A stretch of 56,754 nucleotides of DNA, the filler included, from Dirinaria sp. TL-2023a (Eukaryota), in assembly GCA_051941275.1 (NCBI GenBank). It is 6 parts of 6 records of this genome, joined end to end, with 100 filler letters (N's around TTAATTAATTAA, not from the genome) between each part and the next. Parts side by side here need not be neighbours in the genome. Positions count along the whole stretch, not along the records: positions 18,979 to 28,362 come from JAVEBF010001065.1; positions 28,463 to 37,842 come from JAVEBF010001066.1; 4 more parts are not named here. One strand, 5' to 3'. Under the pieces are notes generated by a model. It saw only the letters and a list, made by a program, of their open reading frames with translations. It had not been told where the DNA came from and searched no databases. Made by a program: the position numbers and the translations under genes. Positions 24,174 to 36,193 of the stretch are shown in pieces. The stretch's first letter is position 1; each line of letters opens with the position of its first letter.

Positions 24174-25581
24174 GAGTAGCGTAAGAAATCGCTGACTAGC
24201 ACCGGTGTAATAAACCGCTATATCTTATTTTATCATCCGTTTCGGGTGTATCCTGCCGACTCTCGGATATCGAAAACGCCATCAGATATTCAGATGGCGG
24301 AGGAATAGTGGAGCACAATGTCATGTGGGTCATGCGAGCTGCGGTTGGAATAAGGTTACACAAGACGGATGCGGGTCCCTTCATATCCTGGTGATCCAGA
24401 TGCAGAGATGGAGGGAGACTACTGTATTACCTTAGGTAAGGTAGTCATTGAGGTGCCAATGAGTTCTGTGATAACTCGAAATCCGCGCTATCGCATAATT
24501 CCAAAAAGCGGGGCCTGCGTTACATCTTGCCTACTTTAGGCAGCTTTACTGTGCCTCTGCATATATAGAGCATCGATTCATTCGCGGAATCGAATTCCCA
24601 CAATCGCAAAGCGGGGCTGAGCTTTCTGAGATGCCTCGTAGCAAGGCGGTGCTCTGCAATGAGAGGCACAGACCAACTGCGTCTTTACAAGTCTTGAAAC
24701 CGGGACACCGGGACCGGGTTTACACAAGTGTATCATAGGAAGGGGGCGTGTTGTCTGGCTCAATTGGTCTGCGCACCACAGTCCGACCTGCTTGATGGGG
24801 TAATCATCTCTACTCCTAACTCGGTCGGATTGACGTAAGGTAAGTATTACTGGCCGAATCTACCCAAGTGGAGCGTCTACCGGCTTTCGGCTTCGGAACG
24901 CGGACAACGAAGCGGTCCCATGCAGGCAACCATCGCTTTTGTGGAAGAAAAGTCTACTTGATCCGGCTGACTGACGTGTGTTGACGCATGACTCGTTGTC
25001 TTGTCATTGCAGAGAACGGAATCGTCCCATCTACCCGTCCAATTGAAGGAGTTTCTAATATAGATGAGTTTCGTTCTTTGAACTTCGCATGGATGGAATC
25101 TTTTTCTTGGTTCCCCGACTTTTCTTTCATTCGAGCGACCAGGCGCAAAAATACAGAGAAAGTTGGATGCGCGCTCAGTTAGAAACGCTTTCTCGAAAAC
25201 TCCAATTCGGTAGTTGTGCCGCAACAGCGGGAAGTGGAGGTTCAGGTTAGAGATCATGATCTGTCGAGAGGATTTCAAGCTAGCTCGGTGGATTGGATAA
25301 TAACGACCTCAGGCAGAAGCGGGGAAAGCCAATGGCGTTCTTATGCGAAGTTTTTAGTCACGTGAGTACTAGTACCTAGTACCTAGTGCATTGTATTCTG
25401 ACCATTCGTACTCACCGTATGTACTCAGGGGTTTTCATTTGATACTACCTTATTATACGATTCTCATTGAACGACGGTCAAGGGTGACTATGACGACAGT
25501 CAATAATTAGCAGAATACGGTCAAATTGAAGCAAAGCCACAGAGTCTTCTACAGAGCGTTCCCAGCTGTACTGAGCATAAC

Positions 25582-25618
25582 CTTCTCTCTCTCCCTCTCT
25601 CCCTCTCTCCCTCTCTCC
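25582..25618. repeat. CT-rich microsatellite (CTCTCTCC-like units)
   Basis: Direct reading of the sequence. Confidence 0.7.
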
Positions 25619-27506
25619 AGTTTTTGATCGCTCCGAAGGCTCTAATTACGTATTACCTAAGAAGACTCTGAAAGGAGCAGTAGCCGATGACCATAGCCTC
25701 TCTCTGAGTCATGTTTGTGGAAGTGATTACCATTCCAAAATCTGACTCTGTCTTGGTCGCAAGGTGACTCTTAATTTCATATTTAATCTCAGAAACATGG
25801 CGTTCGTCAATTTTTCCCTGGGCTAATGTAAAGAGTATCCGCTATTTCGCAGCATCAAGATCAGTAAATGGACTTGACCAAGAAGAGGTGAGTGACCGAG
25901 AAAAAGGGAAGACGAAACGCGTCCTTCAGTCGTTGGGCATTTCCCAAGTGGCGGTTTCACACAGAAGAGTCTTCAATACATCAATACCATGGAACAAAAG
26001 CTGGCAATACTTTTCTAATTTGCATCCTTCAATCCTGGTTGATGTCATGATCAGCTGCTGACTAAAAATTCGAATCCATGGACTATCGGTCCGAAAGCAG
26101 AATGCCAAATGCTGCTTCTAGCGCTGACGATTACGTCTTGCTATCGGGTCGGCGCGGACCGCGGATACCGGATGGTGCAAGCTTCCAGATTTTCGGTATT
26201 GAGCAATAATAAAAGGTATATTAGATGTTCTTATATGTCTCGACGATCGCTCCCACACGGAGCACCAGATTGCCATCAGAAATTCACACCTGCTTCTACT
26301 TTTATCTACCAGAAAGCTGTATGGTGAGTCACAAAATCTCATAGCATATCCATTGGCTGTAGAAAGACCTTTATGCCAAGCACGGTCATATCTGACGTCA
26401 TGGTTACAAAGATTTCACAAGTACTTTACCTTCCCTACCTTAGATGCACGTGCCTCGAGCTGTATCAAGTCTGAAAAACCAGCACCTCGATCTGAAAAGA
26501 GCCCACATATCTGCGCTCACATGGCTTTCGCTGCGTGAAACATTTCAGCTGAACCACAAATAGTATAATTGAGGATATCTGAGCACAAGCGCACATGTGG
26601 GCATAGCGCGTCAGAAAGCCTAAAAACCATCTGCAAAACGCAGTTCGACATCCAAACATTGTTCTTAGTTTACAAGCCTCGAACACCTATGCAATACTTC
26701 CCTTTAAAGAGCTTTCATTACGCGATATCAGCGCCGCACTTTTGAAAAACTAGAGGCAATATGGTCAAAAGCTGGGCGCAATAAAAATGCCTTACACGAA
26801 CCCAATTCAACCTACATGCAGAATGCTTACGACATGACTTTCCAAGGAATGGCAACCAACTCAGAACATGTATACTCTGCGGATGATGATGAGACAGCGA
26901 TATGGTACAAGATCATTTCCAAGATGATCTAGATAATTCGAAAGAGGCCTACAAGGGTACGCTCTGGCCCCAACAGCGACCATATCCTTGTTGTCAGGCC
27001 GTCCTTGGTATCGACCTTAAATTTCATTTTGCAACTGGCGTATAACTTCCTGAATCCCCAAGTTGAGCCTTTTCAATATTTATTTTGCCATTCGCATCCT
27101 GTGCCATACCAATGATTGCTCATACACAGCATCAGCGCTGGGAGATGAGTCATAGGCCACGAAGTAAGGACAAATATAATCGTGCATCACGATTACTGCT
27201 AAAATTATCCAAAAAAAAACTAGACCATAGGTTGACATGCTTCACCACGAAACCTGGAGTCATAAGCCTTCGCTTTAGTCTCAGACAGTTCGAACACGAG
27301 GAGGGCGGCAGGGCTCATGTGACACACATAAGTATGAGCAAATCGCTCAGGCGGGCGTTGTTTGCTACCTTACCCACCTGAATACTCTTACATTATTTCT
27401 CTCCTACACTCAACTTCGTCCAAACACCTTTCAAAAATCTTCACCCAGCGATCAATCCGATCTCAAAAAACGAACAAAAAACGCCACCACCCTGTTTCCA
27501 ACCAAT

Positions 27507-27993
27507 ATGAAACCCCCCAAACACACCCGCCTTTCCATAAACCCTCCTTCGGCTACCTCCTCCACTCGAAAACCGACACGCCCACACCGCTGCTTAAAAG
27601 CAAAAGCCTTACTATACAACTGCGCTTCCCAAACCCTACGCGTTGAAAACGAAGAATCGATCCTCCATTACCTGAACAGTAACTCCCCCTCCCCTTTCCT
27701 ATCTCAAACCAGAACTCCCCCAAAAATTCCTGCCTCGTGCTAACCATGCACCAGACCCAAAACCAAAAGCATACCAATCCCTCCCCCTCCCAGCACACAG
27801 CTCCCAGATCGCCGTATTCGTGGACTCAGAATCGAAGATCACGTTTCAGAACAGTGAGTCGGCGACGAAAAGCAATGATTTGCTATTTGCGATCTATGCC
27901 GATCGGTTACGGCTTTGGGAGAAGGGTTTGAGGGCGGTGGGGTTGCTTGAGAGGCTTTATGTACTGGAGGAAGAAGAGGGAGGGATGGGATAA
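27507..27993 (+). CDS. Small hypothetical protein B, 136 aa; exons 27507-27678 and 27755-27993
   Basis: Phase-1 GTAACT...GCTAAC...CAG intron; exon 2 reads NPKPKAYQSLPLPAHSSQIAVFVDSESK...SNDLLFAIYADRLRLWEKGLRAVGLLERLYVLEEEEGGMG*; homologous to protein A. Confidence 0.8.
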
Positions 27994-28362
27994 AGGGAGA
28001 TGATTGCCGGGGAGCACGGCAATGACTTGATCTTATTCCAGAAAATCCGATCACCCATTCGATCCAGAAAATTTCCATGGACTTTTGGAACCATGCGTGG
28101 GAAAGAGAGATCTCTATTTTTTTTATTAGAGAACAGGTATTCTTTTTTACGATCAGTTAGATTAATAATCAGTATATCTCCCCCCTTCTACCTTACTGTG
28201 AGGGAGAGACGATCATGAATCCCGCGATAGCTGACACCCAACGAACCCATATTTGCACAGAGAGTTCCTGTCTCTCTTCGTAATGACGTGATAGCTAGTT
28301 TATATCTTTATCCTGTAATCGATCACAAGAAATCAGTGATGAGTCGCTGCTCAGCATTCGGG

Positions 28363-28462
28363 NNNNNNNNNNNNNNNNNNNNNNNNNNNNNNNNNNNNNN
28401 NNNNNNTTAATTAATTAANNNNNNNNNNNNNNNNNNNNNNNNNNNNNNNNNNNNNNNNNNNN
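28363..28462. other. Artificial contig spacer
   Basis: N44-TTAATTAATTAA-N44. Confidence 0.99.
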
Positions 28463-28976
28463 CCCTCTCCCCGGTCTCCAACAACAACTCCCCCAAACCC
28501 CCTCCCTTACACCCAGTAAACTTCCACCAATTGCCATCCTCCACGATCCCGCTCTTCTCCCGATCCCACACCTTGCAGTCGAACCCTTTCACCTTGCGGC
28601 CCAGCGCGCGCTGCTTGTTCGGCTCCGGCTCGCGCATGATCTGGCCCGCGATTTTGAAGTCGGAGAAGAGGACCGCTTTGCGGTACATCATGTACTGCTC
28701 CGTGGTATTGAACGTGAGGGTTTTGTTCTTCCCTGAGGCGTTCTTGGGGGATGAGGAGGCGGACGAGGAGGTTGCGGTGGCGGTGGCGGAGGAGAGAGAA
28801 GGTGCCGTGAAGGGCGAGTCGTACCATTGCGAGAGGAAGCCGTACGGTTCGTCGTATTCGCGCCAGAAGAAGACTGAGGGGAGGATTGAGGTCTCGGCTC
28901 CGGCTTCGGTGGAGGGGGGATCTTTACTTTCCGCAGCGGCCTTGGTGGGGGAAGAAGCTTGCGTGGAGGACCTCAT
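28463..28976 (-). CDS. NADAR/YbiA-family protein, 3' end cut by the contig boundary
   Basis: FFWREY...YGFLSQWYDSPF, TFNTTEQYMMYRKAVLF, QRALGRKVKGFD...W...IVEDGNWWKF and LLLETGER motifs. Confidence 0.88.
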
Positions 28977-30866
28977 TTTGCCGGGAAGTGGATTGGGGGT
29001 TCATGGGAAGAAGGTTAGTGCTGGATGAAGGTGTGAGATGGAGTTGAAGTAGGGATTAAATCTTCTCGGAGGTATGAGTTTTGCGGGGGAAGGTGTCAAG
29101 GAGGTCGAAAGGATGCTCCTTCCATATTTTCCGTTTCCCTGTCGATGAGACATGCTAGTGACTCAGAGCAGATAATCAGGTAAAATCTGGCAGCCGTTGC
29201 AAGCGGAACATGTGAAATGTACGGTAGTGTACCACTGGTAAAACCCTCGGCATACTCGTAGCGTGTGCATAACTCTTCGAGAAAACTGGGCGCTGGGTGC
29301 GGAAAAGGGGCTAAAGCACGTGATCTGATCCGAGTGAGAACCCCTGAATCCGTACGAGTTTGTCAAGGTTTCTGCCTTAAAGCATTGAACTTCCTGGAAA
29401 CTGCTATTGGTAATTGACTTGGCTTTATAGAAATTCGTATACTCATGTCCTTCCATCAGGTCTGAGTTCCATGCTATCCAAGAATAACTATAGTGCCACT
29501 CTCAATCTTAGCTGTAGCGCCTGCATTTCCTCTTTTCGAACCCATCGGATTCAACATCGGAAGACGAGGATATATTGGAGTAGATGGAAGATCGCTATTG
29601 TATCTTTGGCCGGACACCCTGTAGAATCGATGGGCCTACAAGGTTTTCACAGCTACTAAGCTGGGAAGGTTAATTTCCGAAGGAAATTGGTTTTACGGCT
29701 CAAGGTGCAGACTTCGATATTTCAGAAAGGAGCATGAGTAGATGGAAATAAGTAGTGGCGAAGCGGGTGTAGCAGCAAAGTAAAGGTAGTGTGGCGCTAG
29801 TGGCTCCCTAATTGATGAGACAATACCTGAAAGAATACTGGAAAGTAGGTACTCGGCCTGTCGAACTTTGAAGTGAGTGAGATCAAGAAGCCGGTGGAGG
29901 GAAATGAGTATTCTAGGCAATGAGTAGTTATGAATAAATACGTCATTTGTCTATACTCTCTTGATGCGTTGGGAGTATGTGTATGGAAGGAACCAGTTCG
30001 TTTCGTTGTACATATCGTGAATTGGAATTGAGGGTATTCTGACCATGATCCATGGCTTAATATTGTGGTCGCTTCTAAAGCTGCATAGAAACGCCTGTTA
30101 GATGCGGGATGGGTTATTCACCTAGTGGGCCACTGCGAGAGACTTACAACCTAAGCGTAGCCTGGGGTTCGAGAGTTGATCGAGATTATCATGGTCTGCA
30201 GTGTATGAGCAGCCAGGTATACGTTTTCGGCCTTAAACATGATACAGGATCACAGAGCCTCGAATAGAAAAATTCACCATCCTCGAGGGAGGCACTTACG
30301 GCATTTCTGTAACCATTAGCGGCTATTGGACCTGCAATTGCTGGTAGGATTTTGATCTGAGAAACATACTTCATGCAGCATGTGGAACAGTTTCGTTTTG
30401 TACCATGCAGTCTTCCAGCGAACGTACGAAACACGCCTCAGCCTCGAACAGCAGGAACAATGGTGCTTGGCTTGAATGAAGCAGCCTCTGGAGCTCAACA
30501 TGCTGGTTCATAGTACATGGCACGTTGTAATATGGCCCCGAGAATGATGCAGAATGTGTTTCTGGAGGTCAGCCCCGAGCTTCAAACTCTCTGACACGAG
30601 GTCTGATCTAGACACATCAGCGTGAAAGCGTTGAGCGATGACACAGTATGACATTTTCTCACACAATCTTGAGTTTCAGACTCGCTAGACTAGGCTCTCG
30701 AGGAGTGCATAAGCCCGAGCTCATGACTTCTTTAGAAGCATAGTCTCTGATTGTCAGTGATATCAACTCTGAAGGCGAAAAACCTGTTCCTGTTGCCAAC
30801 AACCATCCTACTAGCCACCAGAAAAGCCTTAGAACTCGAAGGTGCACGACCCTGACCTGCAGCAAA

Positions 30867-31850
30867 ATGTTAGGTCCACATGGAAGCAACAGTAGAGCAA
30901 GAACCGGATCGTCTTCAGGGGGCTGGTACTCGTACGCAGGGTCTGCGCCGACATTGGGTTACTCATCATACACTAGACAGGTTCAGAATACAGCATCTCT
31001 ACCTCGTCTCACTGAAGAGGAGGCATACGACAAAATCAGAGAGACAACAGAGCCTACACCGTTATGGAATACACACCATCGGCCATCACGTGCACTAGAC
31101 ACGGCTCAGCAAGCAATGGGAGTAGTAGAGGCAGGGCAAGCCTCTCAAGGGCAAGCTAAGATTCATGATCACGCAAGTCGGCAAACTTCACAGTCTCCAT
31201 CCCCATACAAGCCACTGCATGCACCAAATGCTGTTCCACAAGCGATCAGAGTGGCGGGGATATCCCAAGCGCAGGACACACATCATGAGGAACAGAGAAA
31301 GCATCGACAGAAGCAACTTGAGCGTCATTACGCCCAAGTAAAGACATTCCAAGCGCAGGACAGATATGTTAAGGAACAAAGGCAGCACTGGCAGAAGCAA
31401 CTTGAGCATGATCAGCCCCAAAGAATGAGAGTAGCGGAGATATCCCAAGCGCTGGCGAGATATCATGAGGCACAAGAGAAGCAACTTGAGCATGATCGTG
31501 CCCAAAGACCGAGAGTGGCGGAGACATCTCAAGAGAAGGCAAGACATCGTCAGGAAGAAAGGAAGGAGCGACAAAAGTTAATGGAGCAAGATCGTGCTCA
31601 AGTAATGAGAATAGTGGAGACACCCCAAGCGCAGGACAGACATCGTGAGGATCAAAAGAAGCATCGACAGAAGCAACTTGAGCATGATCGGGCCCAAAGA
31701 GAGGAAGTGGCGGAGACATCCTCAGCGGAGGAAAGATACTGTACGGAAGAAAAGGCACGTAAGAGGAGGATACGTAATACGATTTTCCATGTATTTCCCG
31801 GGGAGAGAGTCTATGCGAAGGAAGCCGCAGCTCGATACAAACGAATGTAG
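30867..31850 (+). CDS. Hypothetical protein with about six tandem 28-32-aa charged helical repeats; frame continues past the TAG
   Basis: Repeat consensus RVAEISQAQDRHHEEQRKHRQKQLEHDRAQ, also visible at DNA level between about 31245 and 31745. Confidence 0.65.
   Translation: MLGPHGSNSRARTGSSSGGWYSYAGSAPTLGYSSYTRQVQNTASLPRLTEEEAYDKIRETTEPTPLWNTHHRPSRALDTAQQAMGVVEAGQASQGQAKIHDHASRQTSQSPSPYKPLHAPNAVPQAIRVAGISQAQDTHHEEQRKHRQKQLERHYAQVKTFQAQDRYVKEQRQHWQKQLEHDQPQRMRVAEISQALARYHEAQEKQLEHDRAQRPRVAETSQEKARHRQEERKERQKLMEQDRAQVMRIVETPQAQDRHREDQKKHRQKQLEHDRAQREEVAETSSAEERYCTEEKARKRRIRNTIFHVFPGERVYAKEAAARYKRM
31245..31745 (+). repeat. Coding tandem repeat of about 84-96-bp units
   Basis: CAAGCGCAGGACA and GAAGCAACTTGAGC segments recur several times. 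Confidence 0.85.
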
Positions 31851-32495
31851 AAAGAGCGCGAAGAAGAGCTTGCCAAGCGAGAAGAAAGGCAGGCCAAGCG
31901 CAGTCCGCCCAGTAGCAGAGATTCTCTTTTGCGCCGGTCCAAACATTGACATTCGCGAGAACGTTAGCATGGAATCAACCCCAGGACGAGAAAACATGCT
32001 TGATCAATGCTTGACCACGAGCATTTCCAGCATTGTCAAATACTCAACAGTCCTTACAGTCAGCTCCAAAACGATCACCTTACCTTATCCACCCCCTAGA
32101 TCTCCTTTTCGGTTACGGACTTCTTACTCTCTAGACTAATACAACACCCACGGAACTTCTTTCTATTCCCTGATGAGAATGGGATTGGAAGGATAGCAGA
32201 TCCCAGAGTGGCTGCAGGTTTCTTATTTAGATTTCTTTGCTTTCTGTCTGCGAGCGAGGGTTGGGAGGGCTTTGGGCCTTGTCTTAATGGGTGGATGCTG
32301 GATGGGGCGGCTTATTTTCTTAGAGTCTTTAATTGTAATGGTTCAGAATATAGAGAGCGTCTAAATTACTAGACTGAATCCCAGGTTATCAGCAAAATAG
32401 ATCCATTCATTTCATACCAGGGAAGGATCATGGATCACACGCTACCTTAACAGGAGACATTTTCTGGCCAGAATACACGGTGGTTGTATTGGATT

Positions 32496-35400
32496 CTACT
32501 TCTGGGCAAGCTCCTCAAGGACATGATCTCGCCAGTACGAGTCTAATCCTGTGGTTTGATACATTCGCTCCTTCTCCGCGCCCACGAAACTTCTTGCTTG
32601 ACGTTCGACTTTCGCACTCTCTTGCATTTGCCCACACTTGAGCAGCGCGAAAGCAATTCCGAAGCATAAGGTAGCAACATCCGGTCCTGGACTTTTGCCG
32701 AGCACCCGAAGAACCGTCAAAGCTGCATTCCAGCAATGCAAAGCCTCCTCCCACTCTTCTTGACCTTCCGATATCCGAGCTAACATGGTCCAAGTACGAA
32801 AGAGATTTCGATTCGTTATGTTGTCATTTTCTCTCTTGTTTTGGATTACTCTTTGCACATTGGCGAGGACCTTCGAGGCCCGTTGATACGAACCACTTCT
32901 TATATAACTCTCTGCCAAGACTGATTGTAGACGTCTGCCACTGCTCGTGTTATGGCTTGTCGCTAGTCTCATGCTCTCTAATTCGGGTATGAGTATAGCT
33001 TGGGCATCCGCGGGTCGTCCAACTTCGCAATACAGATCTCCAAGATTGGCAAAAAGTACTCGCCGCCAACCACCTGCCATAACATCCTCTGATTCAATCT
33101 GTTGGAATGTCCGGCCCAAGAGGCCAAGCGCATCTTGGAACTGACCTTGAGTCTTGAGAATGCGGCCCAGTGAGACATTTATGCTTACCTGGACGGTCTT
33201 TTCCATAGATGAGGGCGAATGATCGTCGATAGGCGTCCAGCGGAGAAGCTGGGTCTGAGCCGCCTCCAAGTCACCGGAATCAAGGAGGTTTTCTGCTCTC
33301 GAATGGATTAATTTACCTAGTCGAGCGTTGCATCTCAAGTCTACGCGGAAGGTTTCGGGTTTGGTGCTTGGGTCATTGCCAATGAACCCTATAAGTACGG
33401 CATCTGACTGCGATCCTTTCCCCGTCATCCGCAAGAGGGAGCTTTCTCGCTCAGCAACCGACATACAAAGGTATTGATCATTTATATCTTGGGACAGTCT
33501 CTTTGCTTGGTTGATGCATTCCGTTTTCCAGGTTTTTGTCCTGAATCGAGAAGCGCTAAGATATAAGGCTGCCATATTGCGCTTCAAGAGCGTTGAGTCC
33601 AGTGCTGTTTCAGAGAGGAACATGAATTCCTGGTGGATGCGCCATACATGGGGAAGTTGCTCAATTCCCGCCTTGAAGTAGCTTTCATGAATTAGCAGGG
33701 GTACAGAACAAGATTTCTACATGCTTACAAAGGCTCCAAGATATCATCCCGAGGGAAAGCGTGGCAGATGAGCGCTATCGCCTGTAATCTCCAATACTCT
33801 CGAAACTCCACCGAAACACGCTGTGATGCGCAATATTGGACTAGGGGGTGGATTGAGAACTTTCGCAATCCGGTTTTTTGGTCCTGATTGACGTAAATTA
33901 ACGAAAACGATTGTAAAACTTCAATAGCATCATCGAATTTCAGCTCATTCTTTACTAATTGGACGAATTCCTCATCAATACCAGAGCTCACTGGACTCTC
34001 TTCAAGTATCTCTCCGCGGTGATCCCAGCGCTTTTGCGAAGTACAAGCACGATCGAGCATAGCTTCTGGAATGTCTGCTGGTTCCAGATAGCAGAATAAA
34101 AGCAGTAGTATACGTGCATCTCGAGAATCCCGTTCGACCTGCTCGAAATTCATGTTCCAGGTCGTCAAAACTGTCTGATCGTAAGCTGCTAGACGGGGCT
34201 TGAAATCTAGGATGTCTTTCCGCCGTTCCTGGCAAAGTTTTTTGAAAGCAGCTAGGCTCTTGTGTCGGGATCTGATGTAGGCTCCAGCCTGATTGATAGC
34301 AATTGGGAGGCAGCCGAACTGTAAAACGATGTCGCGTGCATGCTCTATGTCTTCCGCAGATGGGCTATGTATATTAGATTCCTGTAGCAATACGGATATG
34401 GCTTCCTCGACGGCAAGCTGATCCATTAAGCATCCATACTTTGCCAGTGTACCAATCGCAGTCGGTCTTTGGAATATAGTCTGAAAACGGCACAACCTCC
34501 AAATCATCCGCATTGTCGAGAATTAACAACCAGCCGGCATTTTCTCTACGCGAGAGCCATTTTTTGAACTTCTGCAATGGCTCGGAGCCGTCATTCAGTT
34601 ATAAAACTTCACATATTCGTGATAGGTCTGCTGTCAGGGTTGCTTCCGATCTTGCCGACAGAAAGAATACTCCGCATGGGTATCTCTGACGATGAGAGTC
34701 CGCATATTTCAGTGCTGTTTGCGTCTTGCCTAGACCGCCCAAATGTTCGGAAACTCATAAGTTTCGACTAAGCGAGAATTCATGAAGGGCTCGCACCAAG
34801 TCCACATAGAGCATAGCTCAGCTGGCCCACGTTCTGCGTTGGAAGGCAATCGAAATAATAGTCCATCTGTTTTAATACAGCTTTGCGTCCCTGAAACGTA
34901 CCGAAGGGAAGCGATGGGGCTTCAAATAAGTATGCGTGACCTACACTTGGGTAAGCTTCGGGCGGATACTAAGCAAAGAAATACTGGTTCTAAAGGCTCA
35001 CTTGAGCTACTCTCATCTTGTGGTGACGATATGGGATTCAGTGATTTTTGCTGGTCCATAATTTCATTCCTGTAGATTTCAAGTCTCCGCGATAACGGTC
35101 GAAAATTGCGATCATGCAAGGAGAGAAAACGAGCGATTTCGCGGTGGTCAGCATTTTGACCAATTCGAACCTCATTGGAGATCATGAGGACAGCGGAAGG
35201 CTCCCTTACAACCTGATTTCCATCGTCAATACCAAACGCCGTTCTCAAAGCCTGGCGCGTGTCGACGTACCATTTTCTTCAATAGACCGATTCTTGTCAT
35301 CTTCGTTTCGTAGAATGAGATAATCTGAAGTTTAGATACTTTAACAACAAAGTCTGATGTCAACTCAAAAAGAGCTTGAGAATCTTTGCGAAGGGTTTCT

Positions 35401-36193
35401 AAAAGAGCTTGGGGTGGTTTTAGAGGTGAACAAAATTTTGTTATTGTAGCAAGCACGCTACCATACGCGGCCAGACTACTTCCGTTGTGAGGAGTTGCTA
35501 CAATGCTCGATATCTTGTCAGCGACTTTCAGCGCTCGACGGGCTCTTATTCATTCCACTGTACCCAGAAAGATTATGCCGTAGACACAGTCTTGAACTTG
35601 CGCTTGTTCCTTCGAAACTTCAAGTAAGAGGGCCTTAAGAAGTCTTGTTAGCGTTAAAAGTTTTCACATGATTTAGATTGAACTGAAAACAACCTTTTTT
35701 GCAATGATCCCTCCCAAGCTATGGCACAGAAATACGATTGGCCTTCGTGATTCCTTTTGGTAATATCAGCATTTTCAAAGCACAGTCAAATGGCTGGCCT
35801 GTGTTTTTCGACACCTGACTCGCACTTGCTCCTGTTCGTAGATCTGCCAATTCTGCCAACAGCTTGGCGGCGATAGACCGAACATCTTGATTAGCGGTAA
35901 AGTTATGGAACGACGCATTGTAGCCATAGGTCATGATGCGGACATTGGGAAGAGCCTGAGGTAGAAGATCCCGTAGCCACATTGGGTGGCCACTGACATG
36001 GGTCCATGTTAAGAATGGATCTCCTGCTAAGCCGTGGATGGCCACCAAACTAATCACCCCATTTTAGCCTCTGTAAACACAAACTTAAGATTCAGTGGAC
36101 GTACTCGAAGATAATTTCTCCAGGCTCTGAACTTGTTGCAAGGTTTTCGATTGGATGAAGAATAGTGATACCGAAATTTTGGCCCTGATCCAT
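32496..36193 (-). pseudogene. Fungal NLR (SesB-like alpha/beta-hydrolase + NB-ARC + TPR-like repeats) with inactivating lesions
   Basis: Hydrolase: LVAIHGLAG...WLRDLLP...RIMTYGYNA, IVFLCHSLGG, TPHNGS, ISFYETK, ADHREIARF. NB-ARC: CGL|GGLGKT, WLLILDNADD, GCLPIAINQAGAYI, FSIHPLVQ. TPR-like C-terminus. Lesions: TAA at 34601-34599, frameshifting deletion near 34465, and a non-AG acceptor near 34742. Confidence 0.85.
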
